From: an uncultured SAR86 cluster bacterium
Lineage (GTDB): Bacteria > Pseudomonadota > Gammaproteobacteria > Magnimaribacterales > AG-339-G14
Direction of reading: 5' to 3'
DNA: 62,650 nucleotides
NCBI GenBank assembly: GCA_949373255.1
Contig: CASICS010000002.1
Span: 1 to 62,650 of the forward strand
Both the position numbers and the translations under genes were made by a program. Numbering within the stretch: the stretch's first letter is position 1; each line of letters opens with the position of its first letter. Under the pieces are notes generated by a model, which was given only the letters and a program-made list of their open reading frames with translations, was not told where the DNA came from and made no database searches. Positions 1-10,646 of the stretch are shown one piece after another.

Positions 1-2
1 AT

Positions 3-446
3 ATGGTAAGTGTCTCTGATGATCGAATTTCAAAATTCGATATGAAGAATTTTATTAATTCTGTTCGAAATGGAAATTTTTACGGAACTACAGGTCCATT
101 TATAGAGTTAAAAATTGATGAATCCACTATGGGCGAAATGCATTCGGGTTATCAAGGAACCCTTAACGGTCGAATTTATAGCGCTGATTGGGCTCAGGCT
201 AATAATTTAAAAATACAAATGAATGGCAATGAGATTATGGATATAGAGCTAAACGATTCTGGTATTTTTTCCATTCCACTTAAATTTATCAAAGATAGCT
301 TTGTAACTATCGAAGCTTCTGGACCAGCCGGCGAGAACTATCAAGCTGTTTACCCTGGTTTCTTTCCATACGCTTACTCTAATCCTATATATATAGATGC
401 AAATGGAGACGGTGTCTGGACTCCTCCTGGCTTAGAGACAAATTAA
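3..446 (+). CDS. C-terminal part of a PHP-like (CehA/McbA family) metallohydrolase, probably truncated by the window edge
   Basis: Motifs GNFYGTTGPFI and AYSNPIYIDANGDG resemble the C-terminus of this family; ORF begins at the window edge. Confidence 0.55.
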   Translation: MVSVSDDRISKFDMKNFINSVRNGNFYGTTGPFIELKIDESTMGEMHSGYQGTLNGRIYSADWAQANNLKIQMNGNEIMDIELNDSGIFSIPLKFIKDSFVTIEASGPAGENYQAVYPGFFPYAYSNPIYIDANGDGVWTPPGLETN

Positions 447-468
447 AATTCATTAATTGGATTTAAAA

Positions 469-1761
469 CTACTTAAAATGCTTTTCGTGAAAGTCTTGAA
501 TATCTGGATCGATTAATGCGTCAGATCTTTTTAATTCTCTAAAGAGAGTTAATGAATCAAGAGTTTTGCAACGACTTAAAGCTACGTAAGCTTGCCCTGT
601 CGCAAATGCCCCATCGCCTAAATCTACAGCGCAACTATCTAGAGTAAGACCTTGAGATTTATGTATTGTTACAGCCCAACCTAATTTAATTGGAAACTGT
701 TTAAAGGAAGACACCACTTCTTCTAAAACTTCATCGGAATCTTCGTCATATCTAAATTTTACTTTTTTCCATTCTTCTCTCTCGACTCTATGAGTCACTC
801 CATCGATCTTAACTTTGATACATTTTTTATTTTTATCTAAACATTCAGAAATAACACCGACAGTCCCGTTTACCCACCTTCCATCGCTATCATTTTTTAC
901 AAACATAACTCTTGCGTCTTTCTTGATTCTTAGTTCACGAAGAGCAGGCAAATCATTTTCCTTTAACTCTCCGAATTCTTTAGATTTTATGACTTCTTCA
1001 GGATTATCGTTGAAAGATAATTTATGACGATTAATCTCTTCTGCCCTGTTTTTACGAGACGTGAGAGTCATAAAAGGATCAGCATCTAGAGTGGAATCAA
1101 AACAATGTTTGTTTATCTTATCTATTGTTGGTTCCAAATCTTTACCTAATCTAATGTTATTTAAAAGATTGAAGAAATTCTCATCCTCTTCTTGTCGGAA
1201 AGACTCATTTAACTCGTAAAATATTTTTTCTTCGATTTCGTTAAAGCTATGCGAATCAAAAAAATAAACTGAATTATATTCACCATAAATTTCATTTTCT
1301 TCGTGCTGCTTTACTATAGGAGGGAGTTGAAAAAGGTCACCGCAAGCTATAACGTCAATACCGCCAAATGGTTGAGTTGATTTTCTATGTATCTGTAATG
1401 ATTGCGAAATTGCATCGAGCATTGGCGCTCTCACCATAGAAATTTCATCGATGATCAATAGCTCAAGATTTTTTAATAGCTTTCTAAATCCAGGATCTTC
1501 AGATTTAGTAACCTTAGGAATAGTATCGAAACCAATTCTAAAAGCAGAATTGATAGTTGTGCCTCCAATATTAAGAGCAGCTATACCAGTAGGAGCAACA
1601 ACCATCTTCTTTTTATCTACTTCGTATTTGACGCTCTCAAGTAATGTGGTTTTGCCTGTTCCCGCTGCCCCTGTTAAGAAAATAAATTTTTGATCATCGC
1701 CTTCTTCTGAAACAGCTCTGATTATTTCATCTTTTATTTGATTGAAACTCTTAACGATCAT
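469..1761 (-). CDS. Pif1/RecD-like SF1B DNA helicase
   Basis: Walker A GAAGTGKT, APTGIAA, IIDEISM, GDLFQLPP, QFPIKLGWAVTIHKSQG, QAYVALSR. Confidence 0.9.
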   Translation of the reverse strand: MIVKSFNQIKDEIIRAVSEEGDDQKFIFLTGAAGTGKTTLLESVKYEVDKKKMVVAPTGIAALNIGGTTINSAFRIGFDTIPKVTKSEDPGFRKLLKNLELLIIDEISMVRAPMLDAISQSLQIHRKSTQPFGGIDVIACGDLFQLPPIVKQHEENEIYGEYNSVYFFDSHSFNEIEEKIFYELNESFRQEEDENFFNLLNNIRLGKDLEPTIDKINKHCFDSTLDADPFMTLTSRKNRAEEINRHKLSFNDNPEEVIKSKEFGELKENDLPALRELRIKKDARVMFVKNDSDGRWVNGTVGVISECLDKNKKCIKVKIDGVTHRVEREEWKKVKFRYDEDSDEVLEEVVSSFKQFPIKLGWAVTIHKSQGLTLDSCAVDLGDGAFATGQAYVALSRCKTLDSLTLFRELKRSDALIDPDIQDFHEKHFK

Positions 1762-1824
1762 AGAACATAACGATAATTTATTATTTTTGAAATAAGCACT
1801 AAATTAATTAAAGTAAAATAATTT

Positions 1825-2580
1825 TTATATGCTAAAGCCATTGATTTTATTGGAAATATGTTTGAAGCCTTTGATGTTTGCTCCCATTAAATCCTCCATT
1901 ACAGGCGGGGTAATATTTATATTTCCAAGCTCACTCAATACCAAGTGAACATCATCATGTCCCTTCATTTGAGTCATTCTTTCAAGCCATCGATTAATAT
2001 TTGGGAAAGGCTCAAAATTAAAGAGGTTAGTAAATTGACTTTGTAATTGACCTACTTCTACATATGCTGCTATGTCTGCAATTGTCGCTTTATCGCCACA
2101 TATATAATTATTTTTTTTTAGCCATTGAGTTTCCAACGCATTCAGACCATTTTTAAATAATCTTTTAGCCATGTTAATGACGTCGTCTGTTAAGCCAAGA
2201 TCAGGTCTTGCCATTGGAGCAAAATAAGCCAAAGATGCTTCTTTTATATTTCGATGATGATAATGCAGAAAATCATCTATCTTAGCTCTCTCTTCATGTC
2301 CTTTTGGATATAAATCTACCCACTCATATTTGTTACAGAGGTAGCACATGATGGCATGAGATTCGGCTAATAAAAAACCAGTTTGAGGGTCTTCCAGTGC
2401 AGGAATTGTTCCATTGGGAAATTTATTTAAATAATCTGGATGACGTGTTCCATTTTCGGCTTTTGATCCGGGAACAGTCAACACTAATTCAAAAGGTAAT
2501 TCCTTATTGAAAAGCACCCATAGCACCGCTCTAACAGCTTGAGACAGCGGAACTCCATGAATTTTAATCATATTACTCAC
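1825..2580 (-). CDS. Glutathione S-transferase, theta-like
   Basis: SQAVRAV, cis-Pro IPAL, AESHAI, TIADI motifs. Confidence 0.85.
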   Translation of the reverse strand: MSNMIKIHGVPLSQAVRAVLWVLFNKELPFELVLTVPGSKAENGTRHPDYLNKFPNGTIPALEDPQTGFLLAESHAIMCYLCNKYEWVDLYPKGHEERAKIDDFLHYHHRNIKEASLAYFAPMARPDLGLTDDVINMAKRLFKNGLNALETQWLKKNNYICGDKATIADIAAYVEVGQLQSQFTNLFNFEPFPNINRWLERMTQMKGHDDVHLVLSELGNINITPPVMEDLMGANIKGFKHISNKINGFSI

Positions 2581-2582
2581 TC

Positions 2583-3425
2583 TTAATCGAGGTCACTTGC
2601 ATCGTGTCTTTCCACAATAGCATTATCATCTGGCCCGCTAGGCGCTCTATTTACTCTTGTCCCTCTTTTGAATGCAGGACGTTTAGCAATATCTTCAGCC
2701 CATCGTATAACGTTTTTATAAGATGCGACGTCTAAAAATTTAGCTGCGTTATAAGCATTTTTTAAAACTAACATCCCGTACCATGAACAAACAGCAATAT
2801 CAGAGATATTATAATCATCACCACATAGGTACTGCCTTGAATTTAGATTTTTATCCAATACATCTAATTGACGTTTAACTTCCATAGCAAATCGATTAAT
2901 TGGGTATTCAAATTTCTCGGGGGCATAAGCATAAAAATGACCAAAACCGCCGCCCAAAAAAGGAGCACTGCCCATTTGCCAAAATAACCATGACATGCAC
3001 TCAGCTCTTTCTGAGGGCTCGGTAGGTAAAAGCTCTCCAAATTTTTCTGCTAAATAAACCATTATTGCACCCGACTCAAAAATTCTAGTTGGAGGATTAG
3101 TGCTTACATCGAGAAGAGCAGGTATCTTTGAATTAGGGTTGATTCCAACAAAATCACTTCCAAACTGATCTCCTTCTCCTATATTAATTAAAAATGCGTC
3201 GTATTCTGCGCCTTCGTGTCCAAGTGCTAATAACTCTTCCAGCAAAATAGTTACTTTCATGCCGTTGGGAGTGCCTAATGAGTAAAGCTGTAAAGGATGC
3301 TTCCCCCTCGGTAGTTCTTTGTCATGAGTAGCTCCAGCAGTTGGCTTGTTTATATTGGCAAATTTTCCACCATTTTTACTATCCCATTCCCAAACTTCAG
3401 GTGGAGTATAAGTATCTTTTGTCAT
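2583..3425 (-). CDS. yghU: Glutathione-dependent disulfide-bond oxidoreductase (GST Nu class)
   Basis: YTPPEVWEW, GGKFANINKPTAGA, LYSLGTPNG, C-terminal ERHDASD. Confidence 0.93.
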   Translation of the reverse strand: MTKDTYTPPEVWEWDSKNGGKFANINKPTAGATHDKELPRGKHPLQLYSLGTPNGMKVTILLEELLALGHEGAEYDAFLINIGEGDQFGSDFVGINPNSKIPALLDVSTNPPTRIFESGAIMVYLAEKFGELLPTEPSERAECMSWLFWQMGSAPFLGGGFGHFYAYAPEKFEYPINRFAMEVKRQLDVLDKNLNSRQYLCGDDYNISDIAVCSWYGMLVLKNAYNAAKFLDVASYKNVIRWAEDIAKRPAFKRGTRVNRAPSGPDDNAIVERHDASDLD

Positions 3426-3466
3426 TTTCTGTCCTCGTTAATTTAAATTTATAATTAATTGATTAT

Positions 3467-4039
3467 CTAATTCCATTCAATGTGAAACATACTCTCATTT
3501 CTGCGAAACATAGGAGGCATGAAAGGACTATTGTATGTTGCTTTAATTGGTGAACTTACAATTGAAATATCATCGCTTTCTAAATATTCTTTAAGAGCTC
3601 TTGAGTGTTCATTGAAATTTTTGTCGTTAGGTCTACCTGTAAATCTCAATACAGCATAATGCCCTGCTTTAATTGAAGAAACCTCTATAGAATTATCTGC
3701 CGGAAGTGGAAGATTAGATTTATTAAACTTTTTAGGCAGATAGAACTGCATTAAATAACCTCTTTCACCCTTAACTTGAGTAACGGGAACGGTCATTGAA
3801 ATTTTTTCTGATGATTTATTCGATCCAGATATATATTTAAAAAGTTTCCTGAAAGCGCCATTCTGGCTTTCATATTCTGTTTGAACTATCAGTCTTTCCT
3901 GGTAATAACGTATTTCATAATTTTCTGATTCGGAAACTATTTTAAATGCAGGTTCTTCTATTGCCATAAGATTTATATTAAAGGATAGAAATAATCCTAA
4001 AAGAAAAATATTTTTAAATTTATACAACACTTCTATCAC
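3467..4039 (-). CDS. SOUL heme-binding protein with signal peptide
   Basis: AIEEP, AFRKLFKYISG, KISMTVPV, MQFYLP, PPMFRRNE. Confidence 0.9.
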   Translation of the reverse strand: MIEVLYKFKNIFLLGLFLSFNINLMAIEEPAFKIVSESENYEIRYYQERLIVQTEYESQNGAFRKLFKYISGSNKSSEKISMTVPVTQVKGERGYLMQFYLPKKFNKSNLPLPADNSIEVSSIKAGHYAVLRFTGRPNDKNFNEHSRALKEYLESDDISIVSSPIKATYNSPFMPPMFRRNESMFHIEWN

Positions 4040-4133
4040 TTTTTTTAATTATATTTAATCATGATAGTCTAGATAATTGTAAAACCTTTAAAGTAATTAG
4101 GGGATCATAAAACAAAAAAATTAGAGGGGACAA

Positions 4134-5105
4134 ATGATTTCAAAAGAGCAAAAACCATTAAATTCAGGATTTGGAGCGAAAACAGAACCTAAAGATATTC
4201 TCCAGGGAATTGATCTTACTGGAAAAGTTGCCATGGTTACGGGCGGTTATTCAGGAATAGGTTTAGAAACTACTAAAGCATTAGTTGAAGCAGGAGCAAA
4301 GGTCATCATTCCTGCAAGAAGAGTCTCTGTGGCGAAAAAAGAGCTTTCTGGAATTATTGAAGATAAAAATATTATTGAAGTTGATTTGGCTGATCCTTTA
4401 TCAGTTATTAGATTTATTGATGGTCTTTTAAACTCTGAACTTGCACTAGATATACTTATCAATAATGCAGGAATAATGGCTTGTCCTCAGATGCTCACGA
4501 AGGAAGGATGGGATCTTCAATTTGCTGTCAATCACATAGGACATTTTATTTTAACTAAAGGCCTCATACCTGTTTTGAAAAAAGCTACTGAACCAAGGAT
4601 AGTTACTCTTTCTTCAACGGGTCACAAACTTTCTGGCATACAATGGGATGATATTAATTTTGAGAATTCTTATGATAAGTGGCAAGCCTATGGACAATCA
4701 AAAACAGCTGCCAGCTTATTAGCAATTGAAATTAATAGTCGTTATAGAGATCAGGGAATAAAAGCCTTTTCTGTTCATCCTGGAGGGATATTTACACCTC
4801 TTCAAAGGCATTTAGAAAAAGAAGAGATGATAGCTTTGGGCTGGTTAGGTAAAGATGGAGAGCCTTCGGAACTTGCAACAGCAAATTTTAAATCAACCAG
4901 TCAAGGTGCTGCTACCAGTCTTTGGTGTGCAACAAGTCCTATGCTTAATGAAATTAGTGGAGTTTATTGTGAGAACTGTGATGTAGCTCCTAGACAAAGT
5001 GATGGTCCAGAGGCTCGATATGTTGGCGTAGCTGATTGGGCGGTTGATACAGACGAAGCCGCAAAACTTTGGGAATTAACAGAGCAAATGATTTCTAACT
5101 TGTAA
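4134..5105 (+). CDS. SDR family oxidoreductase (retinol dehydrogenase-like)
   Basis: TGGYSGIG, NNAGIM, YGQSK catalytic motif; SD AGAGGGG upstream. Confidence 0.9.
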   Translation: MISKEQKPLNSGFGAKTEPKDILQGIDLTGKVAMVTGGYSGIGLETTKALVEAGAKVIIPARRVSVAKKELSGIIEDKNIIEVDLADPLSVIRFIDGLLNSELALDILINNAGIMACPQMLTKEGWDLQFAVNHIGHFILTKGLIPVLKKATEPRIVTLSSTGHKLSGIQWDDINFENSYDKWQAYGQSKTAASLLAIEINSRYRDQGIKAFSVHPGGIFTPLQRHLEKEEMIALGWLGKDGEPSELATANFKSTSQGAATSLWCATSPMLNEISGVYCENCDVAPRQSDGPEARYVGVADWAVDTDEAAKLWELTEQMISNL

Positions 5106-5120
5106 TAATTTTTTTTAAAA

Positions 5121-7097
5121 TTACAGGCTTGAATTTAACCAAATTGGAGATGACCAAGCTCTCTCTTGAATCGTTGCAGGTATATCAGATCTAGGTTTTT
5201 CCCCTACTCTGATTGCATCCCAAGTCGACCATCTACATACAGGGTTTTCAAGAACTCTTGAATAGTAAAATGCTTCTTGTTCTTGATTGAATTCGGGATC
5301 TTGCCAAAAAGTTTTTATTTCTTTATTTCCATTATTGCTGATTGAGCAATCTTCCATATAAACACTTGCTTCGTTATCAGGACATCGATTAGTTTTTGGA
5401 TCAACACTTAGACCATCTGAACAAGCTACATCGAATACTTTTTCTTTTTGTTCTCCGCCTTCAAGCCATCCTTTGATAATCTGAACTCTTTGTAACGGCG
5501 CTCCTAAAGAGTCAGCAATCGCCCAAACAAGAAATCTAGGATTTTTACTTTCCTCAATATTTAGCGTGCCTCCCATTGGAGTACCTTTTGAATATAAATC
5601 TTTTAAAAGACTAACATCATTTAAATTAGATTTTTCTAAATTGTATCCGGCAAAAAAACGAACTTTAATCCTCGGGCCACTAGTAGCAAAAGTTTCTTTG
5701 CGTCGAAAAGCATCGTAAATTGCTTCTCGAGTATTTTCTTCAGCCCAGACACCTGTTAAACCTGAAGCTGAAAAGCCAATGAGTCTTTTTGCTGGACCGG
5801 CTATATAATTCTTTCCGTCTATTTCAGAAATCAAGTTTGGACGAATTAGCTTAGCAGTTGTAGCTAGAGCCCAATTAAATGGTATGGAGCCTCTCATATC
5901 AGCTCTTCCATCTAAAGCGCCAACTTTAGAAAAGAAAGTTTCTTCATCATATGATCCTCCGCCAACATGAGTATCGCTTGCTCCAGCAAGACCAAACTTA
6001 TAGGGATTTGTTAAGCCTTGTTCAGATAAAGTTAATCCTCTCAAATACGCATTTCGGACATAACTTCCTTTGGCATATTCAAGAAGTTTTGCTTCATCGT
6101 CACCAGGCAATTCAAATGCTGCCCACTCATCATTTTTAGAAAGTAAGGGATGTGTTTCTGAAGTTCCTTTAGCCTGAGTTATCTCTACTAGTGGTTCGTT
6201 TATAGATCTTTGTTTGGCGTATGCTTCATCTATAGGATCGCCATTATAATATGTCATTTCAAAAGCAGCGCCGCCAGATATGTTTGAATTGTGAGGTATT
6301 GCTAAACTTTCTACTCCTTCGCCTCTAAGCCCATCCATCCAGTCCCATAAATCCTCAGGATTCAGACTATCGCCCCTTATAAAGAGTCTTTTTGGTAAAT
6401 TTTTAGTATCTTGAAAGATCACATTTCGGTGTAAGTAATTATCATATAATTCTTCTGAAGAGGTATATTCATAAGCAGCAAAAGTAGTAAAGACTCCTGG
6501 TGTATAGGCACGATCAGCAGCAGCAATTGTTTCCTGCCAAACAGTTCGGCCAATTTCATCTAAGAGTTTTTTATCCACCGTTCCGTCTTCAATATCTTCT
6601 GCTAATGCTCGCGCTATTGGCCTGAAGAGATCAGCTCTTTGTAATAACGAAAATAAACTACCGCTTACATTTTCATTTATATTGTGAAGAGGTTTAAAGA
6701 CTTCATAGTTTGAAACTTTAGAAGATGTATCTGCTGCTTCCTTTATCACACCAAGAAAAACTCCATGATCTGTTACTGCATAAAAATCTAAAGGCCGACT
6801 GAGTTGAATTTGATATCCAGATGGATGAGGAATAGCCTCACCTTGAGCATACTTATAAGCATCATCTGGAGTAGCAGTTGTTCCAAAAGTATATGCATCA
6901 AACGAATTTTCAGTATGAACGTGAAGGTCTCCAAAATATGCATTTTTGTATGGATTTGGATCTGGTCTTGCCGTATTTTTTTTACCTAAAGCAAGGATAT
7001 CTTCTTGAGACAATTTAGAAGAGTGTGTCTGGTAATTGATATCCGAACATGAAATTAATATAGAAATAAATACAAAAATATATATAAAGTTTTTCAT
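5121..7097 (-). CDS. DUF3604 family lipoprotein (PHP-like hydrolase)
   Basis: Lipobox LISC; YFGDLHVHT, LDFYAVTDH, KGTSETHP, QERAWSSPIW. Confidence 0.88.
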   Translation of the reverse strand: MKNFIYIFVFISILISCSDINYQTHSSKLSQEDILALGKKNTARPDPNPYKNAYFGDLHVHTENSFDAYTFGTTATPDDAYKYAQGEAIPHPSGYQIQLSRPLDFYAVTDHGVFLGVIKEAADTSSKVSNYEVFKPLHNINENVSGSLFSLLQRADLFRPIARALAEDIEDGTVDKKLLDEIGRTVWQETIAAADRAYTPGVFTTFAAYEYTSSEELYDNYLHRNVIFQDTKNLPKRLFIRGDSLNPEDLWDWMDGLRGEGVESLAIPHNSNISGGAAFEMTYYNGDPIDEAYAKQRSINEPLVEITQAKGTSETHPLLSKNDEWAAFELPGDDEAKLLEYAKGSYVRNAYLRGLTLSEQGLTNPYKFGLAGASDTHVGGGSYDEETFFSKVGALDGRADMRGSIPFNWALATTAKLIRPNLISEIDGKNYIAGPAKRLIGFSASGLTGVWAEENTREAIYDAFRRKETFATSGPRIKVRFFAGYNLEKSNLNDVSLLKDLYSKGTPMGGTLNIEESKNPRFLVWAIADSLGAPLQRVQIIKGWLEGGEQKEKVFDVACSDGLSVDPKTNRCPDNEASVYMEDCSISNNGNKEIKTFWQDPEFNQEQEAFYYSRVLENPVCRWSTWDAIRVGEKPRSDIPATIQERAWSSPIWLNSSL

Positions 7098-7117
7098 AAT
7101 AAATAGTTTTAAAAAAA

Positions 7118-9016
7118 TTAAGCTATCGTTGTCTTAATTTTTTTCTTACTTAAACTCCAGTAAATTTTAAAGATTTTTAGAAAAAATAATCTAAAGGTTC
7201 TGTCAAAAAGAGAGACTTTTGAAATTTCTGATTTAACGTCAGAAATTTGTTTTCCTCTAATTAAGTTTCCAGGAAGAATTCCAGTTGCAGTTCCGTTCTC
7301 ACTGACTATATGACCTCTTTTGATAGTTGCTATATAACCTGTAGCATTTTGAACTAAACGTTTTCCTCCTAAAGGTAAATCATGAATCATTTTAGGATGA
7401 CTCACATTTAAATTATCAAAATCGATGATATTAATATCAGCTAACATACCTGGTTTGATTTCACCGCGATCAAATAAGCCAAAAGTTTCAGCAGTATCTT
7501 TTGTTTGTTTTTTAACTAACATCTCAAGAGGAAATTTCTTACCAGCCTCTCGGTCTCTTGCCCAGTGAGATAAGTTTGTTGTTGGCATACTTGCATCGCA
7601 AATTAGACCACAATGTGCTCCTCCATCACTCCCACCTGCAACAGAAGACTTAAGGCCATATGCTTGTTCGACAAAATTAAGTTTATAATTTTCATACGGA
7701 GTAAAGGCTGCATAAATAAGGTTTGTACCATTATTTTTCATCATTTCGTCGTACATTACCTCAAGTTCTGAGATCCCCTTTATTAAAGATATTGCTGCAA
7801 TACTATCTTCTTTCTTAGGTTCATAATTTGGAGGAGTCCCTAAGATAAATTGAGTTTTATAATTAGCAGTAAGCTTTGTTGGAAGTTGAACATCCTTTGT
7901 AATTTCTTCTCTGGTTTTAGTATTACTTTCATCAGCAAGTTTTTTTTCTATCTCTGACTCAAAATCAGGTTCTTGACTCAATAGCATATTTTTAAAATCA
8001 GGATTCTTCATGATTTCAAATTTTTGATCAAGCGGTAAATTTGAAATCTCTTTATAAGCAGGATATTGAACGAAAGGATTCAAAGAGCTTTCAAGACCAA
8101 ACATAAGACCTACATTTCTTCCAGGAAATTGAGGGCGGATATTTTTACCTTTAAGATAGTGTTCCTCTGCATATAAAATTGTTTTAGCTGCATCTCCGCT
8201 CGTTTGCAAAAAAGTCAAACCGCAGTCACTTTTATCGACATATTCTTTCATCCAAGACATTTCTATTTCTTCGTCCAACCAGTCTGATGTTATTTCCAAA
8301 GTACCTTCGCCAGCCTTATCTATACCAAAAGCCAGAGCTTTCATTTCTTCAGAACTAGCTTCAGTTCCTGGAACATATTTTCCATAAATATCTCTATGCA
8401 AAATAGTTCTTGAAGTACTGAAGCCTAAAGCACCTGCATTAATAGCTTCTGTTACAAGCTCTGACATTTTATTAATCTCTTTGTCAGAGGCATCAACTTG
8501 GTTTTGACATCTTTCGTGACCCATCACATAGCTTCTTAATGGTCCATGACCAATCATGAAACCTAAATCCATAACAAATTCTTTCTTATCGATTGCATCT
8601 AAAAACTCAGGGAAAGTTTCCCAGTCCCACTCAATGCCTTCATGCAGAGCGGCGCCCGGAATGTCTTCCACACCTTCCATCAATTGAATTAAAAAATTTT
8701 CATCGCCAGGTTTGACTGGTGCAAACCCAACTCCACAATTCCCCATAACGGCAGTCGTTACTCCATGCCAACTGGATGGTGTTAAGTATGGATCCCAACA
8801 TACCTGACCATCGTAATGTGTGTGAATATCAACCCATCCAGGCGTAACTAAATTACCTTTGGCATCAATTTCCTTTTTACCTGAATTTGCTACAAACCCT
8901 ACTAGTGAAATTTTTTCATCATCAATAGCAATGTCGCCAATGAACTGTTTTTTTCCAGATCCGTCTATAATTTTTCCATTTCTAATTACAAAATCATGCA
9001 TATTATTATTTCTCAT
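7118..9016 (-). CDS. N-acyl-D-amino-acid deacylase family amidohydrolase
   Basis: PGWVDIHTHYD, GNCGVGFAP, SDGGAH. Confidence 0.9.
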   Translation of the reverse strand: MRNNNMHDFVIRNGKIIDGSGKKQFIGDIAIDDEKISLVGFVANSGKKEIDAKGNLVTPGWVDIHTHYDGQVCWDPYLTPSSWHGVTTAVMGNCGVGFAPVKPGDENFLIQLMEGVEDIPGAALHEGIEWDWETFPEFLDAIDKKEFVMDLGFMIGHGPLRSYVMGHERCQNQVDASDKEINKMSELVTEAINAGALGFSTSRTILHRDIYGKYVPGTEASSEEMKALAFGIDKAGEGTLEITSDWLDEEIEMSWMKEYVDKSDCGLTFLQTSGDAAKTILYAEEHYLKGKNIRPQFPGRNVGLMFGLESSLNPFVQYPAYKEISNLPLDQKFEIMKNPDFKNMLLSQEPDFESEIEKKLADESNTKTREEITKDVQLPTKLTANYKTQFILGTPPNYEPKKEDSIAAISLIKGISELEVMYDEMMKNNGTNLIYAAFTPYENYKLNFVEQAYGLKSSVAGGSDGGAHCGLICDASMPTTNLSHWARDREAGKKFPLEMLVKKQTKDTAETFGLFDRGEIKPGMLADINIIDFDNLNVSHPKMIHDLPLGGKRLVQNATGYIATIKRGHIVSENGTATGILPGNLIRGKQISDVKSEISKVSLFDRTFRLFFLKIFKIYWSLSKKKIKTTIA

Positions 9017-9085
9017 TTGAATATTTTACCAAGAAACCATGTTGCTTTAAATTAAAAGCAAAACGTCTTAAAAATAAAAATTTAT

Positions 9086-9943
9086 TCAGGATGCCAAATT
9101 AGCAGATTTCCAGAATCTAGGGATAATCCAAGTTACAAAGATAGAGAAAAATATACCCAAACTATAACTAAAGAACATTCCTAGAAAGCCTTCCACTTCA
9201 ATATTTGCTTCAAGTTGAGTAATTAAAATCATACTAACAAACACGGTCAATACGCTTAATGATGATAAAAGAAATTTTTGTATTTTGCCTGAATTTAAAT
9301 GAATCTCTGAGAACCCAACAAACCAACCCGTCATTACTCCAAGAAACCAAATATTTGGTTCATGACCCTCATGACTTGGATAAGCAATATAGAAAATTAA
9401 CTGAAAGAGCAATATCAGTAACAACCAAATATGATTGCTTAAAGATTCATACACATTATTGATAACTGCAAAATTCCAAATAGCGAGGACTAAAGCTCCA
9501 ATAATTAAACCCGAAAGAACATCTCCAAAATCATGCACACCCAAATACATTCTGCTAAATGAAATTAATAGAATTAAGGTTCCAGCTCCAATAGAAATCC
9601 ATTTATTTTTCAGCTCATAAGCTAGCAATCCCCATAAAGTGACAGCTATTTGTGCATGACCGCTTGGCCAACCGTATGAAGTTCCTACTTTCGGATCCAA
9701 CATTAACTCTATTAATGGCCTAGGATCTTGAAAAAAATCTTTTAGAAAGCTGTTTATTAATCCGGAAATAAATAACAACATAGCAACTCTTGAAAACCTT
9801 GATGGCGACCAAAAAAAATATCCAAAAGTAATAAATAAAATTAAAAAAGTTGGATAGCCAAGCAATGAAATATTTTCAAAAAATATTGATAAAACTGGTG
9901 TGCGAATGTTTTCAACCCATGATAGATCATTCCAAATAGACAT
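9086..9943 (-). CDS. PAP2 family membrane phosphatase
   Basis: KxxxxxPRP, PSGH, SRMYLGVH motifs; several TM segments. Confidence 0.9.
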   Translation of the reverse strand: MSIWNDLSWVENIRTPVLSIFFENISLLGYPTFLILFITFGYFFWSPSRFSRVAMLLFISGLINSFLKDFFQDPRPLIELMLDPKVGTSYGWPSGHAQIAVTLWGLLAYELKNKWISIGAGTLILLISFSRMYLGVHDFGDVLSGLIIGALVLAIWNFAVINNVYESLSNHIWLLLILLFQLIFYIAYPSHEGHEPNIWFLGVMTGWFVGFSEIHLNSGKIQKFLLSSLSVLTVFVSMILITQLEANIEVEGFLGMFFSYSLGIFFSIFVTWIIPRFWKSANLAS

Positions 9944-9970
9944 AATTTATCCTCACTCCATATTTATTTA

Positions 9971-10603
9971 TCAAAGTAGATTATAAATCACAATAAAGTG
10001 CAATATTGCTGCCGCAATTACTAATATGTGAAAAAACTCATGAAAGCCAAAAACTTTAGGGAATAAAACCGGCACTTTAAAACCATAAGTTATGGCGCCA
10101 ATTGAGTAAATAGCTCCTCCTATCCCTATCAATGTCAATTTTAGAAAGCTTAATGAGGCGATTAATATTGGTATGAATGGTAAAGCTACCCAACCAGCAA
10201 TCAAATAGATGGACGCTCTCAAGAGACGATGAATATTTGAAAAGAAAATAGATTGGATAATTCCAATAAAAGCTACACTCCAAATAATTATTAATAATTT
10301 AGTTCCACTTTGTCCCGGCAAAGCTAAAATGCATATTGGTGTAAATGTCCCTGCAATCATCATAAATATGCCGCTATGATCTAATTTTCGAAGTTTCTTT
10401 TTTATTTCTTGCGTTGTATTCAGACGATGATAAAGAGCGCTAAATCCAAACATTGATAACAAGCCAATTGAGTAGGTTAAAATAGCGATGAATTGGGAAA
10501 GATTACTAGTTTTAAAAATTAAGATTAAGCATGGAATTATGGAGATAAAAAACATAAGCTGATGACTTATGCCGCGAAATCTTGGCTTACTAATACAATT
10601 CAT
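9971..10603 (-). CDS. Hemolysin III / PAQR family membrane protein
   Basis: SALYH, DHSGIF..IAGTFTP, FGFHEFFH. Confidence 0.9.
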   Translation of the reverse strand: MNCISKPRFRGISHQLMFFISIIPCLILIFKTSNLSQFIAILTYSIGLLSMFGFSALYHRLNTTQEIKKKLRKLDHSGIFMMIAGTFTPICILALPGQSGTKLLIIIWSVAFIGIIQSIFFSNIHRLLRASIYLIAGWVALPFIPILIASLSFLKLTLIGIGGAIYSIGAITYGFKVPVLFPKVFGFHEFFHILVIAAAILHFIVIYNLL

Positions 10604-10634
10604 TTTGTTTATTTAAACATGAAGAACAATTTGA

Positions 10635-10640
10635 TATCAT
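10635..10640 (+). promoter_or_regulatory. Extended -10 box of a probable leaderless transcript
   Basis: TGa-TATCAT 6 nt before the ATG at 10647; no SD. Confidence 0.5.
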
Positions 10641-10646
10641 CCAAAA

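Noticed and set aside
8625-8635. TCCCACTCAAT (att core-like) inside the amidohydrolase gene
   Set aside because: It encodes IEWD within a conserved coding motif and has no flanking module or TGTGTAAC site; chance match.
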